This document shows, piece after piece, positions 1 through 14,640 of a DNA stretch of 64,000 bases. Source of the stretch: Eledone cirrhosa (Eukaryota); the NCBI GenBank assembly GCA_964016885.1, contig OZ024740.1, positions 380,928,001-380,992,000 on the forward strand, in the 5' to 3' direction. The notes under the pieces were generated by a model, which did not search any database, was not told the origin of the DNA, and saw nothing but the letters and a program-made list of their open reading frames with translations. Position numbers and translations under genes: made by a program. Each line of letters starts with the position of its first letter. The stretch's first letter is position 1.

Positions 1-899
1 AATATTTCTTGCAGGTCGAAATAAATTGTCTTGTCCTGAGAAAACAACAAGTTTGACGTTTCGAGAAAGATGCATCTTCGTATTCGTAAATTGTGCATTG
101 CGGTATGTTAGGTTACTGTTTTTATCATATAGAGTGGTTACCAGTCAAACAAAAAACGAATTATTTAAATAAACTGCTTCTTTATCGTTTCTTTTAACTG
201 TAATTATCCTAGAGAGAGAAAGAGCATATGCGTGCTTGTGTGTGTGTGGAGGGGGGGGGAGAAAGCAAGTCATATATTCGTAATGGTGAGAATATGGGTG
301 GTATTATATGCAAGCTAGAAAGTCAAGTCTTTCTTGGAAATGACCAAAAAAGAAGTAGTAATGTCCATTGCTTTCTAAATGTCCTTAAATACATAAAAGA
401 ATACTTTCAGTGTTTCATTCATACACAGAAAGAAATGTCGACCGAGGACTTAATTCACCGATGGTTTGCCGCTACCCTATAATTTTTCGACAACATCTAT
501 AACAAAGAAGTTTCAATTTCTGCCGTAGCTAATTTAAATAAAATGTTATATATTCTCCTCAAAGTGAAAAAAGAGAAACAAAGGTTTGTTTGTTTTGGTT
601 TGTTTTTTCTACGAAATGAATGTGTATCTGATTGACGTGTTAGCTGTGTAACCTTTGACGGCCAACATATTGTTCGTAGAATCGGTTACAAGCTTCGATT
701 TCTATTATACTATTAGAAACAAATATTGTATTTTAAAGAAGATTCGACTTCAGAGGATGATCTCATAACCTTTAGACAACATTGTTATACGACTACTTTA
801 AAGAGAATAATGGTTTCCGTTGTTTATTAACAGCCCATGTCTTTGTAAGGAAATTGGATGAAAAAATTTCAAAGTTCTCATCTACCAGCACTTTCTTAC

Positions 900-1850
900 T
901 GCATTCAGGACAACTATCTCACCCACAGGCATCTGATGTCAACAGAGTTGGCGACTTCAACGCGCAAGACTTCTCCTGGCTCTATATCTTCTCCACTGCA
1001 TGATCATTACTGATGTTTTTTGTTCTGGACTGTGATCACAAATTAGTATCTACGCCAAGCATTTCCTATTTTAAGTAATTGGGAGGCTCGTGCGTAAGCC
1101 TATTTTAAAAAAAAAACTGTTTTTTTTTTAAAGATTACATTGCATATGTAATATTTCCAGAGATACATTTCAGATCCCATGAATCGCCTCGAAGAAAAAA
1201 ATATCCTGTACTGATCAGTTGCTAACCCTTTAAAAAACTCATATAGAACGGAAAATGAAAATATTTGGAACAGTGCTACTGTTAAACACTGCCCCTCTGG
1301 AGGCGCGTGGTCTAGTGGTAAGGGTGTTGGACTTACGATCATAATGTCGTAGATTCTATTCCTGGACTGGGTTGCTTGTTGTGTTCCAGTATACTCAGCT
1401 GAAAATGAGTACTAGCAATAGATGGGGATTTAACCTTACGATGGACTGGCGTCCTGTGCAGGGAGAAGTCTTGTACTCTCAGTCGCATCACACCATGAAA
1501 TCGGGATGAGCACCGGCGTAAGGAGCCTTCTGGCTTAGACAGACTTTAGACTCTAGACCTGTTCCCGGAAGTCATTCAACGGACTGGCAAACACTGAATA
1601 AAAAATGCTGTGACAGACATGTTGTTTCTGCGATTTACCTTTTCTACCGCCATTACAATAGTCCCTGCTTCTTTAAATCGGCTCGTTTCCCCACCATTCT
1701 TCAACCCTATCATCTTTCACTTCCAGGTTCTGCACTGAATATTTAAAAAAATCTCCTTATTCTATGAGCTGTGACCATAGGTGATTTACTCTCACTGCCT
1801 ACGATTTAGTTAAACATCAGTTGCAACGATCTCACCAATCATGGAGAGCT
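900..1850 (+). mobile_element. Highly decayed APE-type LINE remnant (CR1/L2/Jockey group), interrupted by a SINE
   Basis: VGDFNAQDFSWL (GDFN endonuclease motif) at ~946-980 and DHKLV-like codons at ~1033-1047; no open frame; boundaries approximate. Confidence 0.3.
1299..1558 (+). mobile_element. tRNA-derived SINE (family B)
   Basis: tRNA-like head with A-box TGGTCTAGTGG (1308-1318) and degenerate B-box (~1352-1362); body with cagctgaaaatgagtac and cgatggactggcgtcctgtgcaggg typical of conserved-domain metazoan SINEs; agactt-like tail. Confidence 0.75.
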
Positions 1851-2071
1851 ATGTTTATGGTACGTTCCCATTAGCTTTAATTAATAAAAATATATTGATA
1901 AGCTGGTTTTATTTTGTCGACATGAATGACTGCCACGAAGAAGGCAATTTATGACGTGAGGTTTGAACAAAACGTAAAGTGAAGTAATAACATCTCTTGA
2001 CTACCAACCGATTGGATCATATCAATACTATACATATATGTATACATATATATATACACATATATATATAA

Positions 2072-2162
<91 letters not shown>

Positions 2163-2177
2163 TGTGTGTGTAAGTAA

Positions 2178-2228
<51 letters not shown>

Positions 2229-2537
2229 ACCAAAAGTCGTAATTCTTACAAGTTATATTTTTATCAAATTATGAACAATGTGCTTGAGTAAGAATGATGT
2301 GAATGCATATGATTGTCTCTTTTTATATATATATTGGTTTCTTTTTAACTGAAATAATTCCCTACATAGTATGAGAAAGAGGTTGTGAAACAACCAGGAA
2401 GCCAGAACAGCTGAAAGAGTCAGCCAAATCTCCCTAAAATGGGGAGATATGATAATTAGCATAGCCTATACATAAAAATGATATCTGGTCATGAATGAAA
2501 TGTCTTTCACTATAGGTTTGTTTGATCACATCTAATA

Positions 2538-2770
2538 GAAGGTGAATTGGTAATGTCATAGAAGCGTAGGATAAAATGCCTTGTATTTAATCGGGCTCTG
2601 TGAGTTCAAATTTTGCAGAAATCAATTTTGTCTTTCATCCTTTCAGGGTTTATAAAATAAAGTCCCTTTCCAGGGTCGTGGATTTGCGAGATTAGAAAAG
2701 TCGGTCAAAATACCTTACGGTAATTGTTTCGGCTCTTTGTATTTTAAATTCAAATCCCGCTGTGGTGTAC
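2538..2770 (+). mobile_element. Two adjacent old, truncated copies of SINE family A
   Basis: Diverged gagttcaaat...ctttcatcctttcaggg..ataaaataaagt core, followed by a second head ending ttcaaatcccgc. Confidence 0.6.
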
Positions 2771-3100
2771 TTGTGTGCTACACTTAATCCGTCATCAGGT
2801 CTAAAACTTCCACAAGCCCTTATTTATTTTTAGTGGAGTCCATTTTTGTGTAAGAATTTTGGCTGTGTCTCTGGTTTGAGGATACCTTTCTGTCTCACGC
2901 CCACGACCTCTATATAAAAAAGTTATATCGGATCTGGAAGTTTGCAACGAAATTATAAGTTGTAATCTTCTAAAATGTCAATAATGTGTTTTATTAGTTA
3001 TAAGGGTATTTTCACATTTTCGACCAAGTATTTTTCTCCAAAACTGATGACATTTACTCCATTGCTCTTACATTTACTTTCTTTCGTTCTCTCTCTCTCA

Positions 3101-3306
<206 letters not shown>

Positions 3307-3329
3307 TCTCTCTCTTACTCAATCACTCA

Positions 3330-3368
<39 letters not shown>

Positions 3369-4642
3369 GTGTGTTTGTGCGTGTTACGCGTGTATCTACG
3401 TGTGTTTGCGTGTGTGTGTATGTGTGTCTTCCCGTGTGTGTGTCTGTGTATGTGAGCGTGTGTATACATTAATAGAGAGATGAATGAGGAGCAATACTGG
3501 AAATTACTTTACTATCGTCACATACAATATGATCTTTACATACATCCACCCACCACAACCACTACTATACTATGGTAAACGTCTAACCACATACACATAA
3601 TTGTTTATTTATTTATTTACTTATTTATTCATCATTCATTCATAACATTTATTTATATATTCATCCCTCCATTAATCCATTCTTTACATTGTGTTCGCTT
3701 GTTCAGACACTTTCTTTGCCTGCTCTGGCAAATTGCTTGGTTGATGGTTAACAATAAATAGAAGATAGTGTTGTACTGTTAACATTATCGTATGTGGTGG
3801 CGGCGCCAGCGCTGTGGTGGTGGCGGCGGCCGTAGTGGTAATGATGTAGGTAGAGGTGGTAGTGGTGATGGTGGTGAAAGTAGTAGTGAGGTGGAATATT
3901 GTAGTGGTTGGTGTTGTAAGTGGCGTTATGATGGTGGTGGTAGTGGTGGTGTTATTGTTGGTTAATATTCAAAAACCCGTCGGTAACAATTACTATTTGA
4001 CTTTCAAATACTAGTAATCGAATACCCCTATTTCCGGTGTATCTAATAAAGTGTTTCCGCCATACTTTAAATGCCTAAACACACAATACCACGCAGTGAA
4101 TATATTCCTAAACACACAAACACACGCACCGTATATACATTCATGCAAACATACATACATACATACATACATACATACATACATACATACATACATACAT
4201 ACATACATACATACATACATACATACATACATACATACATACGTACGTACGTACATACATACATACATACGCAAGCAACACATATTTAAAACACACAGAC
4301 ACACACCCACACACATTCAATCACATTTCTTGCGCGATCAGGTCTACGATCAACCCATGACAATTTTCATGACAAGCTCTCTACGCTTGTCATTGAATTT
4401 TCATGGGCAAATACAAAGATGGTTTCCCTTTTTTCCAGGGGGGGGGGGGGGTTATGCTATTAGATTCCTGACATTAGTACCTTGTGAGTAGAGTAACCAT
4501 TGGTTAAAGAACTTGAAATACATATATATGGCATTCGTATACGGTGACTTAGGTAATATAATCACAACTTAAAATACTCAGTGATACATTGTACACATAT
4601 TATACATTTTATACGTTTCCCTATACGTCTCTACAATATAGA

Positions 4643-4732
<90 letters not shown>

Positions 4733-5035
4733 TGTGTGTGTTTGTGTGTGTGTGTATGTGTATGTGTGTGTATCCGTCAGGGATGAGTGGGTGTCACTGA
4801 TTAAATATTAATAAATCTTGAAACAACGCTCTCTGACATTCTCAAACTTACTGGTAATTCCGTGATATATTCACTGAAGAAAATCAAGAAATAGATTTTC
4901 TTTTCGTTACAGAAACATATTTTTCTTCGGCAACAAGATTACCCATATGTTTATTGTATATAATATATAAACGTATAATATATGTTTTCATATACACCTC
5001 TAGTATGCTTAAACGATGTCTTATTGCGACAGCCA

Positions 5036-5168
<133 letters not shown>

Positions 5169-6263
5169 GTGAGTGTGTGTGCTGGTTTATGGTTTTCCTC
5201 GATAACCGATCATGATCATTTGAATTTGTGAATGATCTAATGGTTGCACATACTAATCCTTGATGTACAGATATGGTACCTGACATGAAATATACGTTTG
5301 TCTGGAATGGCTTGAAATTACTTCATTTTAATGCCTTTCTCACACTTCTAATAGTACGGGGGCATTTCTCCTCCATATTTTCAATTGCCGATCCTTCAGA
5401 ATGAGAACGTCAATGTAAACGACTATTGTTGGCCTCAAATAGCTCTTCTTCGCTCTTCCAGCTAGATGTTAACAACGGGTTGCTAGTAAAAGAATATTAT
5501 ATGGGGAAGGCTCATGCATGTACGAACCATCTCCATAAAGAGTGAATTCAATGTATGTTGGTGTTGGTGCGCCATAGAAATCTCGAAAACACCGGTTTAA
5601 AGGGAAATGATTGCATGGACATTTTTTTTATCTGTCTTCATAATTCCTCCTTGATATCCTCCTTGCGCTTGTTTTTCTTTAATTTTGTGACTGTGCCTTA
5701 TTCAGAATTAAATCCATTTTCTATTTCTAACAAACTAATATTTACAGCAGATAGCTGTAACATCCGTACGTATCTTACATTTCCATATCTTTTTTTGCCT
5801 CCATCGATAAGAGAGCTATTTTTATAATTTTAGGGCCATAAACATTTTGATTCAGACTGTTATATAGTTCCTATGGATAGCTAATAAACTATGATATACA
5901 ACACAAAACAGTTACACATGAAATATGATTTTTCTTTTCCTTGAAACAATTCTCCTTTAAATTGGAAATCAATAAACTTGTAATGTGGATCATAGAAAGA
6001 CCTATAGGACAGGGGCCTGAAAATATGACACATCTTTATACAGATGGGGAAGAATGTGTTATTAATATTGATACTTACTAATAAATTATTCACGTGTGTA
6101 TATATGTTGAATTGATAATTTTTGCTACCTATCCACTTACTCTCATTGTTTTCTTTTCTGCGGTATAATACATACAAAAATGCATACATACATACATACA
6201 TACATACATACATACATACATACATACATACATACATACATACATACATACATACATACATAC

Positions 6264-6971
6264 ATACAGGAACAAGAACTCCCTACCAAATATCTGCTGC
6301 ACAAAAGAGCAGGGCCAGCAGCTGACAATAAATGTAGGCTATGTAAAACAAAGATCGAGGATGTAAGCCACATTGTTGCCAGCTGCGAAAGAATGTCATC
6401 TCGCTACTACCTCCCCATGAGACACGATGGGATAGCTAGAACCATCTGGAACGCACTTCGGAAAACAAAATTAACAACAAACGAGGAAGAATATATTCAG
6501 ACAGATGGCACTAAGGAATACTGGTGGAACCTGAAAATAAAAACTGCCACCAAATTAAAGCACAACCGGTCTGATATTGTTGTTTGGGAGCACACATTGA
6601 AAACGTGTTCTGTTGTGGAGATCAGCTGCCCACTTGATATAAACGTTGTCAGAAAAACATAGGAGAAGGAGGACATCTACGGACCATTGATGAGGAGTTT
6701 ACAAATCCAGTATCCAAGATACACCTATAGCTTCATACCCATCATTATTGGTGCTACGGGTTATGTACCAACCCGCTTGGACCAAAGTATGACTGAACTT
6801 GGATTTGCGGACAAAAAACGCAGCTCCCTAATTCAGAGTCTACATAGCTGGCACCTTCAAAATTTCAAAACATTCTTGCGATTCAAGGGATGACAATTTC
6901 TTTTCTTTTACAACCTTGCCACCAGGAAGGTGGCCGGTCAAAAAAATATACTCGAAATTAAGAGAAAGAGA
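6264..6971 (+). mobile_element. 5'-truncated R4/Dong-type (RLE) non-LTR retrotransposon copy
   Basis: Near-identical to ~8111-8830; [14 protein letters not shown] zinc knuckle and RSDIVV..VEISCP RLE motifs; stop at 6660-6662 and a small deletion near 6845; (TACA)n on both sides. Confidence 0.92.
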
Positions 6972-7095
6972 TAATAACATACATACATACATACATACAT
7001 ACATACATACGTACATACGTACATACATACATACATACATACATACATACATACATACATACATACATACATACATACATACATACATACATACA

Positions 7096-8833
7096 GGGCA
7101 TCTTTCAGGGTGATAGCTTGTCAGTACTACTCTTCGTTCTCTCACTGAATCCACTATCTTACCTACTCAGGAAACAAGGTGGACAAAGAAGTGGGCCCAG
7201 AAGTATCTCCCATCTTTTCTTTGTTGATGACCTGAAGTTGTATGGGCCAAATATCAATGACATCAAGAAACAATTGGACCTCATTACACAATTTTCAACC
7301 GACATCAAAATGAAATTTGGTGAGTCCAAGTGTGCATATTTGGCAGTAAAACGTGGAAGAGCTGTGCCCTCCTCTAGAAATCTAGATATGAACGGCCTGA
7401 CAATACAACCTCTGCAGTCAGGTGACAACTACAGATATCTTGGACAGGATGAGAATGTCAGATATGATGGACCCATAAATAAGGAGAGAACCAGAACTGA
7501 ATACCTCAGAAGAGTAAAAAAAATATGGTCATCAGAACTGTCAGCATACAACAAATACATTGCCCACAATACCTATGCTGTGCCAATTCTAACGCCAACA
7601 TTTGGCCTACTGAACTGGTCATTGCAAGAACTAAGTGAGATGGATGTTAGAACTCGAAAACTTCTCAGTGTTACTGGGAACTTTAACATCAATGGTGATG
7701 TGGATAGGCTATACTTCTCACGCAAGGAAGGTGGCCGGGGTCTAAAATCAATATTAACAACATATGAGACCCGGATAGTAACACTGAAGCAACACCTTCA
7801 ACAGAGGAAAAAGGTTGGCGACCATCTTGCTCAGGTTTATGAGCATGAAAAAAGAAATATCATTAGAATAGCGACTGATCTGGAGGAGAGATATGGAATA
7901 AAGCCTGATATAAATCTCTCACCCAGAGAAATCGGAAGATCCTATTCAATGTTCAAACAAGAAAAAAAAATTGACCAATTTACAGAGAAAGTTGTGCATG
8001 GATACTTGAGGCGTAAAACACAGACCATAGAGGGGATAAACCACTCAAAAAGCCTGGCATGGAGTTCCGACAAGTTTATGACATCACACCTTGAGGGATA
8101 TCTCTATGCAATACAGGAACAAGAACTCCCTACCAAATATCTGCTGCACAAAAGAGGAGGGCCAGCAGCTGACAATAAATGTAGGCTATGTAAAACAAAG
8201 ATCGAGGATGTAAGCCACATTGTTGCCAGCTGCGAAAGAATGTCATCTCGCTACTACCTCCCCATGAGACACGATGGGATAGCTAGAACCATCTGGAACG
8301 CACTTCGGAAAACAAAATTAACAACAAACGAGGAAGAATATATTGAGACAGATGGCACTAAGGAATACTGGTGGAACCTGAAAATAAAAACTGCCACCAA
8401 ATTAAAGCACAACCGGTCTGATATTGTAGTTTGGGACCACACATTGAAAACGTGTTCTGTTGTGGAGATCAGCTGCCCACTTGATGTAAACGTTGTCAGA
8501 AAAATACAGGAGAAGGAGGACATCTACGGACCATTGATGAGGAGCTTACAAATCCAGTATCCAAGATACACCTTTAGCTTCATACCCATCATTATTGGTG
8601 CTACGGGTTATATACCAACCCGCTTGGACCAAAGTATGACCGAACTTAGATTTGCGGACAAAAAGCGCAGCTCCCTAATTCATAGTCTACAAATGGCTGC
8701 GATAGCTGGCACCTTCAAAATATGCAAAACATTCTTGCGATTCAAGGGATGACAATTTCTTTTCTTTTACAACCTTGCCACCAGGAAGGTGGCCGGTCAA
8801 AAAAATATACTCGAAATTAAGAGAAAGAGAAAA
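7096..8833 (+). mobile_element. 5'-truncated R4/Dong-type (RLE) non-LTR retrotransposon copy
   Basis: Starts at RT motif GIFQGDSLS and ends in an ~80-bp 3' UTR; flanked by (TACA)n at 6978-7095 and 8834-8900. Confidence 0.95.
7118..8752 (+). CDS. C-terminal RT + CCHC + restriction-like endonuclease (partial ORF; TTG start is a truncation artefact)
   Basis: 544-aa open frame: [57 protein letters not shown]...Y. Confidence 0.9.
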   Translation: MSVLLFVLSLNPLSYLLRKQGGQRSGPRSISHLFFVDDLKLYGPNINDIKKQLDLITQFSTDIKMKFGESKCAYLAVKRGRAVPSSRNLDMNGLTIQPLQSGDNYRYLGQDENVRYDGPINKERTRTEYLRRVKKIWSSELSAYNKYIAHNTYAVPILTPTFGLLNWSLQELSEMDVRTRKLLSVTGNFNINGDVDRLYFSRKEGGRGLKSILTTYETRIVTLKQHLQQRKKVGDHLAQVYEHEKRNIIRIATDLEERYGIKPDINLSPREIGRSYSMFKQEKKIDQFTEKVVHGYLRRKTQTIEGINHSKSLAWSSDKFMTSHLEGYLYAIQEQELPTKYLLHKRGGPAADNKCRLCKTKIEDVSHIVASCERMSSRYYLPMRHDGIARTIWNALRKTKLTTNEEEYIETDGTKEYWWNLKIKTATKLKHNRSDIVVWDHTLKTCSVVEISCPLDVNVVRKIQEKEDIYGPLMRSLQIQYPRYTFSFIPIIIGATGYIPTRLDQSMTELRFADKKRSSLIHSLQMAAIAGTFKICKTFLRFKG

Positions 8834-8835
8834 CA

Positions 8836-8866
<31 letters not shown>

Positions 8867-9199
8867 GTACGTACGTACATACATACATACACACATACAT
8901 AATGGCTGCATCTGGATTTCGTGAATTACCATCATTTGATCCATTTTCCACACATGGGTAACCATGCGAAGGGCTTACATTCCTTTATGAATAAGCTGCA
9001 GCGAAAATGACATAGTGGAGAGCCTTATTCAGTTACTGCCAACCATGCTCATGCAACGATGACAGGTATGCAAAAAGAACTCATCAAGATCATTAGCTGA
9101 GTCGCAAGTTTTACATCAGATTTGTCCTTCTCCTTGAATTATGTCCTAACTAGGTAGGCTAATCCCACACTCGAACACCAGACTGAATATTTCCATGTC

Positions 9200-9245
<46 letters not shown>

Positions 9246-9929
9246 TATATATCTACACATATGCATATCTACATACAACATATATGCACACACACGCACA
9301 CACACACACATATATATGTATATATATAAAGAGAGAGAGGGAGAGATATATGGTTTTGTGTGGGTGTTTTACAAGTGTGGATTAAGTTGACCTAAATACA
9401 ACAGTTATCTGTTTAAAGGTAACCTGAGAAAGATCGAGATTTCTTCTCAAAATGCAAATTTCACTTTATACCCAGCTTAGTTTTAACAATGATTCTGTAT
9501 TTTTGATATTGTATAGACATGTAGAAATAGTACAATACAGGTGTCAAATCGTAATGACGCTTAGAATTCTCTGCTTATTTAATATTTTCCGCATGTATGT
9601 ATGATGATATGCAGTTGGCCCGCGAATAACCTGGACCGCGAATGTCGGGGTTACACTGCATATATATATATATACATCCATTTGTATATTACACTGTATA
9701 TATAAATACACATCCATTTTTATATTTGTATTTGCGAGTGTAAACTCGGCTGAAGAAGAAGAAGATGTATATGCACAACAATTTATGTACATCTTATGTA
9801 GAGATAGATATAGATATAGAGAGGGGGAGATTTTAGTGTCAGTTGATATAGAGAGATAGGTTGGGAGAGTTTGTTTTATATTAGATATAGAAAAGGGGAG
9901 ATTTTAGTGTCAGTTTGTTTTATATTAGA

Positions 9930-10640
9930 CTAGCTAAACTACTCGTCCTTTGGACGGTTCAAGTAGCTTTCGATGTAGCTCATTAAACTAAACAAAGTAA
10001 ATTTGAATACACAGAAGAAAAACGTACTGTATGTAAACATGAAAACCTTAAGCACTATTCCAGTGAAATAATTAAAATGTGAGCTCGGTGTCTTTTTTGA
10101 CAACAGTAAAAGCGCATCATGAAATAGAGAAGTGAAGTGAATAATAGACACTATTATGTACAAAGCATAATATTGTAAAAGTTATGACATCACTTAATGT
10201 ATGAACATCAAGCTTGAAACGATAAATTATACAATGTCAAATCTATAACTTAACTTAGTAATCTGTTAGAAATTGCTGGTTGTGAAATATACAAAATGAT
10301 ATTGTTAGTCTCAAGGAAGCGTACCTTTTATTTCAAGTACAAAGAGTAAATTAATATCTGAATGAGCCGAATTACGAAAGATAACTCTTATCTTACTTAA
10401 ATATAACTCTTGTATTACTTAATCACGAAAATTCACACAGATAACCGAAACTTTTTTAATGTCTCCAAAGGCCCCAATATCGATTTTTGAAAGCCTTTTT
10501 AGATCATGTACAGGTTTTGTGCAAGGAGAAGCTCTGTAAAAAATTTCAAAGAAATCGCATGATTGGTTTAGAATATATGAGCTCTCATTAAAAATTGTCC
10601 ACACACACACATACAGAAAACTTTGTCTTTATATATATAC
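9930..10640 (-). mobile_element. Non-autonomous Helitron (family 2)
   Basis: Minus strand: tatatataaagac..(GT)n head; 3' hairpin cgtcc-aaa-ggacg ~10 nt before terminal CTAG (9933-9930), followed by T. Confidence 0.7.
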
Positions 10641-10684
10641 ACATATAGAGAAGGGAATTGGAAAAAAATTCCTTGTAGTAGATA

Positions 10685-11177
10685 TAGAGAGGAAAGTTTG
10701 GAAGTGGTATCATTACTGGCAGGAGTAAAATCAGTGGGCTGGAATTTGCAGACGACATGGTGTTACTTAACTCGACAGAAGGTGATCTCTGACTTGCATT
10801 CGATAGGGTTGCTGCAGAGTGCTGCATGCCTGGAATGGAAACCAGTGTTGCGAAAACTGAGATACTCGTCTTCTCAAGAATTCCTGCGCAGTGCACTCTA
10901 CATGTGAATAGGGTTCCACTGAAGCAGGAGACCCAGGGGTAGACCCTGAGCAACATGGCTGGATAACATCCATGAGCCTGCGTGGACTCGCTTGGGGATG
11001 AAGCCGGATCAGTTGGAGACGGTTGCTTCTGACAGGACACGCTGGAAGGAGTGATTGAGGACTCTATCCCCACGATCCTCTCGGGAAGAAGAAGAAGAAG
11101 AAGAAGAAGAAGAAGAAGAAGAAGAAGAAGAAGAAGAAGAAGAAGAAGAAGAAGAAGAAGAAGAAGAAGAAGAAGAA
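10685..11177 (+). mobile_element. Internally deleted RTE-clade LINE 3' fragment (Expander/Rex3-like) with (GAA)n tail
   Basis: Frame reads SKISGLEFADDMVLL..ECCMPGMETSVAKTEILVFSR, then jumps to RPRGRP*ATWLDNI..DRTRWKE; (GAA)n at 11086-11177. Confidence 0.85.
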
Positions 11178-11705
11178 TGCGTTTGTGTGTGTTTGTGTGT
11201 GTGTGTACGTTTGTGTGTGTGTGTGTGTATGTTTGTGTATGTGTGTGTGTGCGTGTTTGCGTTTAAGCAATGGTTAACATGTATGCCTCTCAATCATAGG
11301 ATCAAGAATTCAGTTCATGCGTCTGAAGTAGCATACTCAGCCACTCTGAACGTCAATCCAATGAGTACATCATTCAGTTAATCAAACAATTGCATGTTCA
11401 TTTGTCATATATGTACAAATATGAACTTACAGTTAATTAAGCTATTAAACTGATAAATCAATGAGAGAACCTCTATGCGGTCACTCATTCTACTAGAAAT
11501 TACATTAAAAAATGCCCCCTTGAATAATCAAACATGTTGCGTAATATATTCCCAGATGCCCTACATGGACTGGATTGTCACGGTCGAATGGAATTTTACG
11601 TAGGTTTGTTTAATCAGACCAGAGCTGGTATCTAAACATCAACTGATATGAACAGATCTTAATGTTTGTGTGTTTGTGTGTGTGTTTTTACATTCTCCAC
11701 TTTAA

Positions 11706-11926
11706 CCCTTTAGGATTTACATTATTCTATATATACTATTGTATTTTCACAGTAAACACTTTATCTCACATAATTATCTCACATAATATCGAATATATGA
11801 GGGTTTGATATTATTTATTTTGAGAACAATAGCTTAACATCAGTATCAGTGGCCAGTTACGGTCGATTTGAACAGAAAAATGTTAGAAAGTTCTAGCCGG
11901 ATATAGCCGGTTTAAATGCTAAAGGG
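11706..11926. mobile_element. piggyBac-like MITE
   Basis: TTAA on both sides (11702-11705, 11927-11930); TIRs CCCTTTAGGATTTA / TAAATGCTAAAGGG; related fragment at ~17610-17727. Confidence 0.8.
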
Positions 11927-12360
11927 TTAAAAGTTAAGGGACAAACTGGATAATGTAGTCATTAATGAGCAATGCGCTAGGAAACGACGTGATGTCATAG
12001 CTAGAAAGCTTTTGATCATAGGCCTGAATCGAGGTTGCCCTAGTACAACAACAACAAAACAAATTTATTGCATTTTACCGAAAGACATTAGGGTTGCAAC
12101 CTGGTTGTGTTATATTTTTTCATTCATTTATGCTCAAATTTATTTGTTTTGTATATCTTTGTGACTTATTCTTTACCACGTCACAGTTGTGATGGCGTAT
12201 CTTTATCCAAAGCGTTTGGCTTTAACGTATACTAAGTGTCATCGCCTTTGTAGTAGCGGGCGCCAAAGGGATTTTTGTTAAACTGTTTCGTACCAAACAT
12301 ATGTCCTCAGTGGCTTCACTGGTTCGCTACACAATAATTGCATTCACACTTGTATGAATC

Positions 12361-12490
<130 letters not shown>

Positions 12491-13218
12491 GGAACCGATA
12501 AGAAGAATATATATATATGTGTGTGTGCGTCTGTGTATAACTATCTCTTTATCTTACCGTATGTTTATATATGCATGTATATATTACTACAGTGTACATA
12601 ATATTTGTGTGTTTATTCACACCAACGAGTGTGTTCCTACCATATGTGAGCCTGTATTTTCTATGAATGTAAAACCCTCTGAAGTGTGGATTTAATAAAA
12701 CGCTTCTATCCTTTTTTTATCTGCTTTTTCTTTAAAGGTGAAGGAGGCACTTCGGTTATTTCATATTAGATTAGTTTGTTTTTGTTTTATATATTTACTA
12801 TCTATTTTCGGTTCTCCGGTATAAAAGTTTGTCTTTATCGTTTGACAACTGACATCTACTGACATGCTTCACAAAACAAAGATCTTATTTGCAAACTTAG
12901 AAACTCATCGTTTTTCATTTTGTTTTTGTTTTTTCTACCTTTAATCCAACAAACCTACAACTAACACAATTACCACCACGCATAACAACTCACCCTCACC
13001 ACCAAAAGTAATAATGTTATCTTACCTTGGCACAAGTCCATCGAGAGTGGCTAGTAAAAAGACTTGCATATATTTCATTCCCCTACCGGAAGGTTATAAG
13101 CCAAGTCGACTATATTTCAGTTTCCCTTTACCTAATTGTTTTCCTTTTATTCCCGGAGCCCTTTAATTATATTGCTGAAATATATTAAAATGTCAATGAA
13201 AAATTAGGGTCAATGTAA

Positions 13219-13788
13219 AGGGGGTGAATTTGCCGAATCGTTATACCGTCAGATAAAATAACATTGCATTATTTATTCTGGCGGTTACTCCAGCATAGTT
13301 ACGTCCCTTTACGATCTGAGTTCAAATCCCGCCGAGGTTGATTTTGCCTTTCATCCTTACGGGGTCGATAAAATAAAGTACCAGTAATGCACTGGGTAAT
13401 TGCTGGCCTTGTGCCTAAAGTAGAAACAATTATTTATTCTGGCGGTGGATTGGCAGTATTAGTAAAGGGTCGGACGCCATGCTTTGCAGCATAGTTACGT
13501 CCCTTTAAGTCCCATTTCAAATCCTGCCGAGGTTCACTTTGCTTTTTTATTTTTACGGGGTCGATAAAATAAAGTACAATAATGCACTGGGATAATTGTT
13601 GGCCTTGTGCTAAATATAGAAACAGTTATTTATTCTGGCACCTTGATTTCTGTGTTCAAACCCGGCAAAGCTCAACTTGCCTTCGGAGTAGGTAAAAAAA
13701 TAAAGTACCAGTAAAGTACTAAGTTGATTTAATCAACTTTGTTCTTCTCCCAAATTTTCTGGCCTTATGCCGAAATTAGAAAGCAATC
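13219..13788 (+). mobile_element. Nested SINE family A cluster: an old copy interrupted by two younger copies
   Basis: Three gttcaaa/cttgcc..aaaataaagtac cores; ttatttattctggc repeated at ~13269, ~13430 and ~13625. Confidence 0.85.
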
Positions 13789-14335
13789 ATTATGTTCGAT
13801 ATACGATGGGTGATAACTTATAGAGAAATAAAGTCATACTTTCTTTAAATAAATATACGGACGGATATCTATATGTATTTTGTCTCGATGTGAAATTAGG
13901 CCCAAAATGGTTATTTTCAGTAACACGGGATGAGGATTGGATCGACTGGTTTCCTTGTTATTTAACAATCATCAGGTTTCGAGATCGAACAATTTCACCA
14001 TGAGACTAAATGATTAGAACATATATATTCTTAAGTTATCATAAATTCGAATGGAATTTTAATAGCAGACGAAAAAGCCTGGGATAAGATGCGATTTCTT
14101 TACCTAAAGTGGAGTTCAATAATAATGTTTTCTTACATTGATACAGGTCCGCTAATGTTAGGAAATAGTATACAATCCCAGTACGTGACTAGTTTATCCA
14201 GGTTGCCAATTTCTTAAAGAATAGCACAAATAGTGAAAAATAGCGGATTGTGTTAGAAAAAAATGAAAGCTCAGTAGCCTATCATCTGATCGGAATGTTT
14301 CAATTGGTCATCGAATTGCTCATTCGCTGCCTTTT

Positions 14336-14342
14336 GGTGGTG

Positions 14343-14394
<52 letters not shown>

Positions 14395-14401
14395 CAGTAG
14401 C

Positions 14402-14436
<35 letters not shown>

Positions 14437-14437
14437 C

Positions 14438-14484
<47 letters not shown>

Positions 14485-14488
14485 CAGC

Positions 14489-14533
<45 letters not shown>

Positions 14534-14640
14534 GGTGGTGGTGGTGGTGGTGGTGGTGGTGGTAGTAGTAGTAGTAGTAGTATTAGTAGTAGTAGCAGCA
14601 GCAGCAGCAGTAGTGGTGGCAGTGGCGGTGGTGCTGCTGT
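14336..14640. repeat. Compound (GTG/GTA/GCA)n trinucleotide microsatellite
   Basis: Directly visible. Confidence 0.95.

Noticed and set aside
1299-1372. tRNA gene
   Set aside because: Degenerate B-box, no clean cloverleaf, and continues into a SINE body
5640-6060. Minus-strand coding-looking stretch (FYDPHYKFIDFQFKGELF)
   Set aside because: Stops nearby and no family motif I can support
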